DNA of 37,162 nucleotides from Intoshia linei. Taxonomy: Eukaryota; Animalia; Orthonectida. Under the pieces are notes generated by a model, which made no database searches, was not told the origin of the DNA, and saw only the letters and a list, made by a program, of their open reading frames with translations. Both the position numbers and the translations under genes were made by a program. Location of the stretch: positions 1 to 37,162 of the forward strand of contig LWCA01000241.1 in the NCBI GenBank assembly GCA_001642005.1. Reading direction: 5' to 3'. Positions within the stretch are counted from its first letter, which is position 1. Every line of letters starts with the position of its first letter. Shown here in pieces: positions 25,316 through 37,162 of this stretch.

Positions 25316-26558
25316 CAGAGGTGCACAACCTCTCCATTATTTCGGCCGCAAAGCTACTTAACTCATCGATACTACGGCCGCACAAAAAGCCAACACTAAA
25401 TTGTTCCATTAAAAACCGATTAGTTGATAAATTAGAGTAGAAGACATAAACACAATAAAAATAAATATATATTAATAATTAAGATATCAGTGACTGCCTT
25501 GATTTTGTTTGTCTTTCGCCAACATTTTAAAATCGACCGGAATTGAAGAGAGCATCAATCTCAATGATGATTCTAAGTTTGAGATTTTTAAGCGTGATTT
25601 GTATTGATTTTTCAAATATTTCATGGAAGAAAACGCTGACTCACATAAATACGTACTGCCAAAGAGAATGAGACTATTCCGAGTTAATTAATTTAACTTT
25701 CCACAATACATTTTTTCACGATTTCACCATCCATATATGATCTTCTTGCAACACCAAGAATATGAGCCACTTTATATGAAGCCTCCACACGCATATTGGG
25801 TAGACTTAAATATCTGTTGAAAGTGATTTTGCGCTGATAAAAATTTTTCTTTAAATTCTCTATACAAGTTTTTCGTGAATCTACTTCCAGCTTTGCGTCG
25901 CTGTCGTATACATGGCGTCGATAGCGCTGTTTTGCGTTGTCACCTTTTATTGTTTTGATAACTTGTTTGCATATTCGGCATACCATAGTATGGTTGGTAG
26001 TCTCAATTATAAAATAATTCAATTTCCAATTGGAATTAAAACTCCTTTTCTCATCTGATATAGTACGTCTCTTTTTCATGATTGATAATAAATATAATAG
26101 TTTAATATATTTTACACAAAATAAACTTTTAATAAACTATGATGACGAATAAAAATTTTCAGCTTAATTTAAGCCTTAAAATTTATTCCGAATAAACTAA
26201 AAGTTATAGTACGTATTTTTCTGGCAACTTTATCTTAATCATTTTACATTAATCATATCTATAGAAATGTGTAACATTACACACTTTCTGACAACTATAT
26301 ATATTATAATTATAATAATACAAAATACTAATTTGTATCATTCTAAACCAAATTAATTTGACATTTCGAAATTTTAAATCCAATTTGAGAAACTAGGGCA
26401 AAGTAAAAAATGTAACTTTGATTAAAATGTTTTAAATTTTCCTTGAATAAAATCTGATTTAAACTTTTCTATTTTAAGTAAAATGATTGCATTATGATTA
26501 CACGAATTTCCCACGGCCGCACAAAAACGCTCTCACGGTCGCAGGTTGTGCACCCCTG
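25316..26558 (-). mobile_element. Internally deleted Buster/SPIN (GTF2IRD2-like) hAT transposon
   Basis: 16-bp TIRs CAGAGGTGCACAACCT and AGGTTGTGCACCCCTG (15/16). ORF 25693-26079 is the N-terminal BED-finger region (KRSFNSNWKLNYF..MVCRICKQ..NAKQRYRRH..EASYKVAHILG..DGEIVKKC). Directly after it, 25487-25684 encodes the dimerization tail FGSTYLCESAFSSMKYLKNQYKSRL...QGSH*. Confidence 0.92.
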
Positions 26559-29047
26559 ATTTAGAGTTTGATTTGTTTTAAATGATTTTTATATCTTAAA
26601 ATTTAATAATTTAATTTATTTTAATTTTTTTAGGTACCTAGTTATTAACTCTTTTAGGATCCACCGCAGTAAAGATAGAGCAACATTAGAGTAACTATCG
26701 TTAAACTCACTTCACTCTAGAATGAATATATTATGTTAATTTATTGCCCTACAATTTCAGCGTCCCTTTAAATATTTCACTTCCCCAAGTGGACGCTATC
26801 GCCCACTTTGGAAAATACTAATAAAACGCATAATAAAATTTGAAATATCGTCAACATGAGTCATAAATTTAAATACCGCTGGTTTATTGTGAAATTACGG
26901 ATACAGTTTTAACGTAAACAGTTTTGGAAGGCTTGCCGCAATGTGTTTATACTTGACTGAAAATAATTATGTTCATAATTTTGATTTGCATTTATTTTTG
27001 TGTATGTGAATTAAATATTTAGTTGGTAAATATTTCTTAAATTATAACAATGTAAATTTATTATATTCATTTAATTAATTGTTAATAATTTATTCAGCAT
27101 CCGGTAAGCATTTAATATTATTTATTGCAGTAGAGGAAGGCCGTATAAATCCAGTAAATGTATTGATATTTTTATAGTTGTTCCGTTAAAAATCGTCTTA
27201 GCTAGTGCTTCTAAAAACAGTAGCTGCTATAAAAGAGGGGCAATCATAAAATTAATTTAGGTTTTAATCAGAGATAAATTTCATCAAATTACCTAATCGA
27301 GCCATTTAAGATTGACTTCATTTGCACAGCTCAACCAACAAAATATTTTTTAATATCAACAGTAGAAGGAATTTCTTTAGTAAAATAGTATCTTATTTAG
27401 AATCTAAGACTAATCATTAAAATTATCACATATTTTGTATCTTAGATTAAATTTTTCAAAAATTAAATTAAATTAAAAGTAACGATTAAATATTGTTAAT
27501 CGACGAGACTTGTGATTATAATATAAGTGGATTTTTTCCTTAAGTTTTGAATTTTGGAATGATGGATATTGAAAAAATTAAAAATTAAAGAAACGCGTGT
27601 CTATCAGTTAACAGGTTAATCAATTCCTAAATGAATAATTTGAATTTTATGTAATTTAGACCCTTAATATCTATTCAATTTTTAATTGTATTGTTTATCA
27701 AAGATATGCAGTATCATTTTTTTGCTAAAGGGTTCTTATATTTGTATCTTAACAAAGACTGAGTACCATTGATCTCTGCATTACTTTAAAATGTTTTTAA
27801 CATAATAATATTAGTTGGTAATTTTTATTATTAAATCTTACAGATTTTGTCTATAAGTTTAGTTTCATAACTCTAACGATCAAACGTAAAAGAGTACTAC
27901 AGTTTATTTAATATTTAATTTAGAGAGTAATTTCGAATAATTAATTTTTAATATTGTATTTTAATTTTACTCAACATTTGAATTTATTTTGGTGAAAATA
28001 TAATGGTTCCGTGAATATTATTACATTGTTATTATTTTCTTTATTTTGAATTTATTTTATAAGATTCTGTAATTTTTTATATATTGGACAAGTTCTAGAG
28101 CTGCCATATAAACCATCAATATTTAACTTGCTGTTTTCACCGTAAGACATTTTGGAAGAATTCATATAATTCCTAATTTTTAATATCATTCAAGTGACAT
28201 AACATATTTATCATCGCAATGTTTTATTTTATAATTATCAATAGATTAATATTATTATTATTTTATTTAGAAACAAGTAAATATTTTCAAAAGAATAATT
28301 TAAATAGAAATCTGAGCATAACTTGATTGTAAGACTCATGCCAACGGTCTTATGCCTAGATTTTTATTACATGACCGTCCTGGTCCATTAGAACACTGCA
28401 GCGGGTATATATAGATACATTTTTTTAAATATAGATGAACCTTATGTATGGAACATTTTTAAAATCAGTTTTTATTTTAAAATTTATTATATTTAGCTAC
28501 CTCAGTTTTATGGGAGTTTTATATGGGTAGTAAGTATTAATGATATAGAAAAAACGCTGACAACCTTTTGCATATTGTGGGTCACTTTTTTATACCCAAA
28601 AATTATACCTGTCCCGTTTTTAATCATTTAAACATGATACATTCAATTTTAACTGAAGAATAACGGTTATTCTAGTATATTCAACAATTTAAAATCTAGG
28701 CAAAATCTGAAAATTGATTATGAGTCAATTATAATAGAAACTGTTTACTTTATGAATAATTTTACATAGAAAAAATAGACTTTTGAAGTTAGTAATATAA
28801 AATCAGGATTAATTTTGATGAAGTTATCATTCACATTTAATTAATTTATTTATAATTAATTTCTAGTAATTTTAATAACTCGAAAATTGATTCATTTTTT
28901 ACAATAAATCTGGATTTAGATAGTTGAATGTACCATCTAATTGTATATTATAACCTGATTGAGATCTTCGACCTGTTGAAGAACCTGTGGTCAGTTAATT
29001 ATTGGGTAGTATATTATTATCTTATTATGCGTCCGGAAAAAACTGTA

Positions 29048-29153
29048 ATTGAAATGTGGTCTTTAAAAAATTCTAAGAGTGCTAGTTATTTCTATAAAGT
29101 ATGACATACAGACAGACAAACAAAAATCGCGTCGCATTTTATATAAGTTAGGA
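29048..29153 (-). mobile_element. Helitron-like 5' terminal fragment (copy 1; copy 2 at 33424-33525)
   Basis: About 100 bp shared with 33424-33525 (ATTGAAATGTGGT..AATTCTAAGAGTGCTAGTTATTT..AAAAATCGCGTCGCATTTTATATAA). The minus strand starts A|TCCTAACTTATATAAAATGCG, like non-autonomous Helitron 5' TC ends. Confidence 0.6.
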
Positions 29154-29515
29154 TTATTAATTTTTTTGATGCAACCTTTACAGGATGGTTGTTATCCATA
29201 ACATATTTGGTCATTTGCATGTATGCATCATCAAAATGATTTAAATTTGTCGCTTAATAATAATTTTTCGTTTAATTTTTCTTAACTTGCGTTGTTCAGT
29301 TTCTTTTAAAATATTCCATATGTGAACAATAATATCAAAAATAATAAATAAAGTTTCTACCCTCAAAATATATTCTTTCACAAAATATGGTAAACTAGAT
29401 AAATATTTTTATAAATTTTTTTTATAATTATAATTCCACATATATGATCAAAATTTGTCTAATCGTTAATATAAATACGCTTACTTTAATTTAAATTGAT
29501 GCAATTTATATTCAA

Positions 29516-29567
29516 GTATATATATTATTATATATGTATATATATTATTATATATGTATATATATTA
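29516..29567. repeat. 20-bp AT-rich tandem repeat, about 2.5 perfect copies
   Basis: GTATATATATTATTATATAT twice plus a partial third copy. Confidence 0.85.
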
Positions 29568-30878
29568 AAATTAATAGTTAGTAAATTGTTTCAATCAAAT
29601 TTTTATATAAATATATAATGAAATCATTTAATTGGATGAATATCGTGTATTTTAGAACACATTTATGTATTTATTATAGATCTATTTTTCCATTCGCATG
29701 AAGTTTGAGTCAATATAAATAATACTTATTTATAATGCTTATAGTGACAATCACTAGATAATTCACAATAACCAGAATTTGGATCTAAAATATGTCCTGA
29801 TTAACTACATGTAAATCTGATTTGAGTAATCAGATTTGCCAATTTGAATAAATTGAATCATGCTCCAAATCTTAACAGAATAACGAATTGTACGAAAACC
29901 TTCGGAAATTCAAATTATAAAACTAAACAGATCAGTGTTGCTCATTATAAGCTCACTATAAACTCATTTACAAAAATTTGCTCATTGAGCGGCACGAAAA
30001 ATCTCATTTCCAATTTGAACATATCGTGATATGTCAAATTAAAATTCCATACTTAAACATTACATACTTGAGTAAATATCATTCTATGACTTTGATTAGA
30101 AGCAAGTTTATTATTTTTGAGCTCCGATTGCTCATTGATCATTTCAAATAAACACTAAAATTACTTGCATTCTACTCAGTAAATTTTACAGTGCAAGCTA
30201 AAATTTAAGCCTCATTTAACGTTTAAATTAAATAAAATGTCAAAAAATCACACAAAATCATGTAGTAAACTTTTATTACTCAACTTGCTCATTTCAAAAT
30301 ATGACTTGGTGAGCTTATTAGAAAGGCACTAGTAAACTTTCATTAACATCTTTTTTACTTCTTTAGGCTTTTATATATTTTATTCTATACGATATTGTGT
30401 ATTTAACCTGTTATTGAGAGAATAGAAATACTAACATAATGCTTGTTAAGCGAGATTATTATAATTTAACGAAATTTTTTTAGAAAAATGTGGTATGCTA
30501 CATTTTATAAATCAAAGTTTAATTACTTCAAAATGGGTCTAATATTATTTACTGCAATTTGTATAAAAAGGGAACATCGTCACGTGAAGGTCAATTTTTA
30601 TACTCGGATTCTATAAAACCATTTGTCATATCCATCTGAAAGATAAAATTATTATATTATTTACAATGTATGCTTGGGCCAAATAAAAATATTATTGGAA
30701 TATTTTACGTTTTAGTACATATTCTGTCTGCTTTACCTCCTCATAAGGTTGTCAATTAATGTTGAATTTAAGATATAATTAAGAACGGTACGCCTCCTCT
30801 GCATTTTGGTGAAACATAAAATAATCTGGAATATTATATTTCAAAAATGCTTTTTTGAAAGGGGTAGAACATTTTAAA

Positions 30879-31170
30879 TCCTTACTTATATAATAAGCTA
30901 CAAAATATTTGTTTGTGTGTGTGTATTCCACTTTATTTGAATTACTACTTTTTCCGGGGGTGATAATAAGATACATTTCAACCTTACTAACACATCTTAC
31001 TGGTCAAAAACCCAATTGTCCTTTTTTGAAAATCAACCGAGTTGGAGAATTTAAAAAAATATATACGCTAATACGGATTTTAAAATCATAAACATTATCA
31101 TAAATTTAAATTTAAAAAAATTATATTTTAAGGGCTAAAACCACAAATTACTTTTATTTACCTGGATACT
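30879..31170 (+). mobile_element. Helitron-like fragment related to 7790-8262
   Basis: Starts A|TCCTTACTTATATAATAAG..TTTGTTTGTGTGTGTG. Contains GGTCAAAAACCCAATT..CCTTTT, the reverse complement of about 8083-8107. Confidence 0.5.
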
Positions 31171-31895
31171 ATAAATTAATATAAACAGTAGTTTTTATAT
31201 AGAATATATTCACAAATACGTATTACATTAGTTTAATCTCATTCCATTGTAATTAAAATATTTAATCAAAACTTGTTCCAAATTTTTAATGAATTTTGAG
31301 TGGTATATTTTCTTATTTGCCATTCTAGATACCCTCTCTGCCAATGTATTTGTTGAAGGGTTTAGATCAACATCTGACAAATTATTCTTGATATTGAAAA
31401 GTTGGACCCACTGTGACATTTTAAAATAAAGTATCAATTGATGTTTTAAGATTAAATCAACAAGTTCATTTCTACATCCTGTATTTGTCGGCTCAGTGGC
31501 AGTAATTATATATTAATTGTATGTATATGTAACATTTTTTATATTTTTGAATAATCTGTATGTAAAATTTATGGGTAATACTTTCCCGAATCGTAAACAC
31601 AATTGAAAAACAATACGATGCAATTAAACTTTAAAACGCCATTTCGTTAAATTGGAAAAATGTCAAACCTCTACCCTGTTGTCTGGAATAGATTCAATGC
31701 CAAAACGATGATTATATTAACGATTTTTATATGCGATATTTAAAATGATAAACCCGAATCAATACTTACTATTAAATATTTTTATTGAGAACCATTATTA
31801 ATATTCCATTGATGCACAGAATGCGTGTCGTTCGTTCTTAAAATTCTTAGATTTTTAAAAAATATGACACTTTACTCCTCATATCTAATACTTAA

Positions 31896-32111
31896 CCCTT
31901 TCACTGTCTGTGTATTCTATACTGTACACAGCAATTTCACTTCACACGACTGTGTATTTTATGATATACACAGCATAATTTTGAAAAACTTTATTCTTTT
32001 ATTTTCATACATTTTCACATAGGTAATTTAAAACTAATAATAGTTTAAATTAAAAAATAAATTCTAGACGTGTGGAGATGCATCATAAAATAGTATCAGA
32101 CAGTGAAAGGG
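31896..32111. mobile_element. piggyBac-type MITE (216 bp)
   Basis: Perfect 15-bp TIRs CCCTTTCACTGTCTG and CAGACAGTGAAAGGG, with TTAA on both sides (31892-31895 and 32112-32115). Confidence 0.9.
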
Positions 32112-32989
32112 TTAATATTTATAATATATACTTTATTACAATATAGGTGGTAAATGAAAATAATGCAATTTTAACTACAATATTACATAATACTAGCTTG
32201 GCTGTTTTGTACTACATACAAACAGCACATAGCTCTGCCGCAGGAGACTTATCTAATTCTACCAAATACATAATTTTAATAATAAAATTTTAATTAAAAA
32301 TGCTAGTCATTATTAACAATCATTTAAAGTAGAGGTAGCCAAATTGTGACCATTGATGAAATTGAAAATACGCCTACATTTTTTGTTGAGCTATAAAATG
32401 TCAATATAATTGAATTTTATAAACATTGTGGCCCGCGAGTTAATTTTACAATTTTATTTAAAAAATATTTTACCGATGTATTATTCCTCTTTTTTTGATT
32501 ACAATCGCTAACCATTCTTCCAAAAATATTGAGGCTTTAGTAGTGTCAATTCAAAACAAAAGTTATAAAAATATGTAGATATGGTTGAGATATTTTATAT
32601 ATTATAAGTTTATTGAATTTGAATTTTTTAATCTACTGAAATAGTGCGACCAGAAGTACGACTTTTGGTCAGCCTAACTAAAACATTTTAAGCCTCGTCT
32701 TACATCACAATAAAATGTTTGTTCCGGTACAAACAATGAAAAAAAATTATTTCACCAAATACATTAGGTAATTAAATACATTGTTATTTACTTGATGTTG
32801 CCGAATATAATAAATTTAGTTATTTTAATTAGATTACTTATTGAATTAACGTAACAATACAAAATATTCTATTCAGATTAAAAATAATCCTATTAGTGAC
32901 GGTTATATGAAATGTTTTTAAAAATAATTAATTCAATTTATTAAAAATAAAATTTAAAACGAGAAACACGATATTTAATAATTTTTTGA

Positions 32990-33130
32990 AATAGATTTTT
33001 TGTTTAGGGTTGTATTCAATGATTCTTTTCCATAAGATTGTGTAAAATGGATTTTTCGAAAAAATATTGGTTTAAGTAAATTTTTTGTTTAGCGGTTGTA
33101 TTCAGTAATTCTTTCTCGTAAGATTTGGTG
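32990..33130 (-). repeat. Decayed reverse-orientation copies of the 29-bp minisatellite
   Basis: CCATAAGATTGTGTAAAATGGATTTTTCGAAAAAATATTGG.. is the reverse complement of units seen at about 18170-18210 and 24900-24950. Confidence 0.5.
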
Positions 33131-33423
33131 ACCAGTCACCCTCACGTGATACACTGCTATAGATAATTTTTAAAATTTACATAAATAATTGAGATATAAC
33201 TGAAAAGTTTACACATTATACGACTTTTTGTATTTATTACAGTTGTTCCTCTTCTAATAAATAATTATTTTTAAATTTGTCCTTTTTATTGATTTATCTT
33301 TAATATTTTTTTACTTAATCATTTTCTGTTTATATTCTATATTAAATGGATTTATATGGTTTTATTTGCAAACTTTTTATTAATTATTTCAATAATTTAA
33401 ATTTTCAACAAAATATTAGATTT

Positions 33424-33525
33424 ATTGAAATGTGGTATTTAAAAAATTCTAAGAGTGCTAGTTATTTCAAAAAAGTAACACACTCAGACAAAAAAAAATC
33501 GCGTCGCATTTTATATAAATTGGGA
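33424..33525 (-). mobile_element. Helitron-like 5' terminal fragment (copy 2)
   Basis: Direct similarity to 29048-29153. The minus strand starts A|TCCCAATTTATATAAAATGCG. Confidence 0.6.
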
Positions 33526-36500
33526 TTTAAGAAATGAAATGGATGATGATATACAGTTAAAATCAAATATACTTAAATAAATTATTTTGATGCAAATGGG
33601 GATTAACATATTAAGGTGTGTGCCATAAAGATTCAATATATCACTTAAAAAAATAATTTAAAAAATAAATAAATAATTTTTCTGTATTATTTATAAAGGT
33701 TTATTTAAAATGATAGAATAATATCTGATAAGTATCATTACTTGTTTTTAATTGTATTATAGTGTTAATATTTTAAAAATACACACAGTTGGTACTAACC
33801 GTCATCAAATTATAAAATTTTCCAAAATTCCAAAATTGACACTCTAATGTACAATTTTATTTGATCAATATCGGCTAAACATAATAGAGAGTAAACTATT
33901 TTTAAATTTATTTATAAATTAGTTGATTGTATTCATTATTTTTTTAGTTAAAGATCGACGTAATAATGAAATGAATAATTAATTTTCTATTAAGTGTATT
34001 ATTTTTTACTTAATTCTTTATAATTGTAATATATTAGAAATAAGTAAATGATCAATTATATTTCATAGATTCTATTTAATATATTTTTATCAGCTAGTAA
34101 ATTTCGTCTAATACATAAACCAATTAAGTTTTATGATAGATTAGTTTAAAAAAAATTACTGGGTCATACATAAATCATATCCATCTTTAAAAAATAAAAT
34201 TTGTCTCAATTATGAAAAAGAGAAAGCTGTAAATAACAAAAGGGTCAATGTTTTTCCGGTTTATTGGATTTTTTTTGAAATTTTTTTTCGCGAGATTATC
34301 AATATCTTCTTCAAGGTGTAGGTGGAATTGTGACTAAAACGTATACCCTTAATTTAAAATTTACATATGTATGTTGATATTATTATTACTATGATAACTC
34401 ACAATAAATAAATATCCAATATCTATGTTATCCAATATTAGATGGTATTACTTTTGATATTTAAATATATATGGTATAACATAAAATGTTATATTGCGTA
34501 TTACGCATTGAGTAATATAGTAATAGAGGGGTTGCGCAGATAAGTTAATTTAAAACATTTATTGTTTTTATTAAAATAAGATGTCTCTTTGCTCTCCTAC
34601 TACCCTCCCTACACCCTCTCATCCATTTCTGTAATCGGAATCGGTTTGTCTATCCATGTCCTTCAATATGCAATATTTTCATTTGTTTGAAAAATTTGAC
34701 AAGTGATCCAAACCGAGTACTTCTCTAGATTACAGTCTATGATAGTAAGCACTAGTGTGTTGAATATGCTGTTAACTTTTTTACAGAAATACAAATTCAT
34801 GGGTTCATCGCATGAGTAATAGATGTATAAATACGATGGTAGTCTTTTTAAGTTTTAGTTTTTCAAAAAAATCTGCCAGACCGGACACAATAGATTGTAT
34901 AAATACTTTTAAAATATTTCACATAACCTTGACTCTAAGTTTATTTTTATTATTAATTACTAAAATTAACGAAAAATTAACAAAGTTCCAAATATTCTAT
35001 CAATTATTGGTAGTTGATAAATTTAATGATAATTGAATATTCCAGATCTCGTGCATTGTCACGTATAGAAAAAAAAATTTTCAAATAAAGTTGTAAAAAA
35101 ACTATCAAACATAAAAATTACTTATCAATTTTTTAGATAGTAACATTATACAAAATTTTTTATGAAAAAAAATATATATTTATCATCACCTTCATTGTTT
35201 TTTAGATTTCGAAGTTGTTTATAAAGGTATTATTCTACTTTCCATATAAAAATTTGTATTTTTTATAAATTAATAATAAATACTTATATATGTATAAATT
35301 GAAATGATTTGGTTTACAATTTAAATTTGGTTTTTCCTGGTGCCAAATTCGAATAGGAATATAAAGAAATATGGGTGTAAATCTATATAATTCATTTTAT
35401 CAAATTTTTTTTATTGCTACGCAATTTTTGACTCTTAAATACTCATTTTCAAACATTACGTTTAAAATTTAATATAAAGCTACAACAACGAATTACTAAA
35501 AGTAATTTAACTTTGTTATTAGCATTTTTGTATTTATTATAATACTTTGCAATATTGGTAAAATTCACTAAAATAGGTTTATAAAGTGCTGATAATTATG
35601 TGGTCCACACATTTTTTTTGTTAAAAGTGGTCTATGGTGGAAGGAGTTTGGGAGCCACTGATTTAAGCAGAATAAAAATTGGAACTAATTTGTATACAAA
35701 AATTTAATAATTACAATTCAATTAATTTACGTGGCTTTATTTACCAAAAAATATGTCTAATTTTGGCTGCTTTAATTTAGGACACACTAGTGTATATATG
35801 CCGGTATTTCACCGACTTTATTACTCATTTTACCATTGTACTTTACCTTTACTTTACTTTATTACTTTATATTTTACCATGTTTTAATTATGTACATATA
35901 TATATATAATAAATATTTTTTTAATATAGGAGCAATTCAAAATTGTAATCATTATTAAAATTAATCCACATATATTTAATATATGTTAATATCTTAATAT
36001 ATTATACTTAATTTACGCATACATGATATTTTTATTTGATGAAAATTTCTTATTATAATATATATTAGGGGATGAGGGTAGATTCAAACGTATATTTTTG
36101 ATATTTATTATTATATATACATTGTATTCTTAATGTTTAATATATTGTAATGTATTGTATAGGGTGTTCATTTTATGACTATAAATTAGTGAATTTAGAA
36201 ATATTTGTAGTACAGTACAATAATTAAAATGAAATATTGAAATCGTCATTTCTATTGACAAAAATCTTACCTGCTTGCGAAAAAAATTAAAAAGGGTCTA
36301 ATTAGTGACGAAAGTGTAATTTTTTTCTCTATTTTATATTCAAAATTACATCAATAAATAAGACAAGAGTAATATCATTTTGTTCATCCTGAAAATATCT
36401 ATAATACTATATATAATTTTATCCAGATCAAAAAAAAAACGTCAATTTTGTCGGAGAGTGTAATACATGTAAATCAATTGGTATATTTCAAATGATTTAT

Positions 36501-36959
36501 AGTTTTAAAATTAACACCCGTATATAGTCTTGTATACTTGTATTTATCTATTGTATATTTGTACTATTTTGTATATAGCGAGTTACCAATTATAAATAAT
36601 AAATAAATAATAGCATTAATGGGTAATACATTTATTTTACACATTATTGAATCTATAAGTTATTATTAGCATACATTTATTGTATATATTTCATAAAATA
36701 TCATACATGAATTTTAGTGTTTCAATATCGTTAAATTATTATCTTTAATTATTTTCGGTTATCGTTAAATTAAAATTTTTTGGTAGATTTGGTTTATTTA
36801 TGTGTAATGAAGTACTCTTCATTGTTATAGATATATTTATTATCGATATACTTAAAATTGTTTTATTATTAAATCTCAAAACCTTAATACCTTTTGACAT
36901 CAAATCATTACAAAACAATTTTATTTACTATGATTGATTATAAACTATTAAAAGTCCAA

Positions 36960-37136
36960 ATGACGATGTTATCGACAAATCAAGCTGATCAATGGAAAAT
37001 GTTGAAAGAACAGTTAACAAATGATGATTTTGTAAAATTATGTTATATGCGTATGGATAATGCGACAATTAAACCGAGTGAGGCCCTTGAAAGTTTGGCT
37101 AAGGGTTTTATGTCGATTTCAACATTTATTGCAGAG
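36960..37136 (+). CDS. Probable first coding exon of an unidentified gene continuing beyond the window
   Basis: Open frame from ATG at 36960: MTMLSTNQADQWKMLKEQLTNDDFVKLCYMRMDNATIKPSEALESLAKGFMSISTFIAE, followed by a GAG|GT donor at 37137. GC content is higher than the flanks. Family not recognised. Confidence 0.55.
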
Positions 37137-37162
37137 GTCAATATATTTAAGATGATGCAAAA

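Noticed and set aside
29170-30815. Minus-strand exon-like pieces (30815-30737, 30635-30604, 29784-29726, 29330-29175) as one gene
   Set aside because: Every splice combination I tried hits a stop within a few codons, and no family is recognisable.
33346-33537. 63-aa ORF
   Set aside because: It overlaps the Helitron-like repeat and low-complexity AT sequence.

Overview
This is very AT-rich eukaryotic (animal) DNA with many 30-60 nt GT-AG introns. The style resembles compact parasite genomes such as the orthonectid Intoshia; that taxon assignment is inference only. Six spliced host genes can be reconstructed by eye as three tightly convergent pairs: METTL1/TRM8 (+) with a tetraspanin (-), CEP135 (+) with RFWD3 (-), and NOB1 (+) with junctophilin (-). 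A first exon of an unidentified gene sits at the right edge. The left edge holds a decayed Ty3/gypsy gag with a short candidate LTR. The large divergent intergenic regions (about 3.1-9.0 kb and 23-37 kb) and the longer introns are filled with transposon debris: Buster/SPIN-type hAT deletion derivatives and MITEs with 8-bp TSDs, one nested hAT MITE, a piggyBac-type MITE, Helitron-like fragments and a MITE-borne 29-bp minisatellite. I found no convincing novel multi-gene system. The most notable unexplained signals are a dense TT(A/G)CTCA motif cluster near 29.8-30.3 kb, stop codons of convergent genes only 18-47 bp apart, and a possibly self-priming LTR element.
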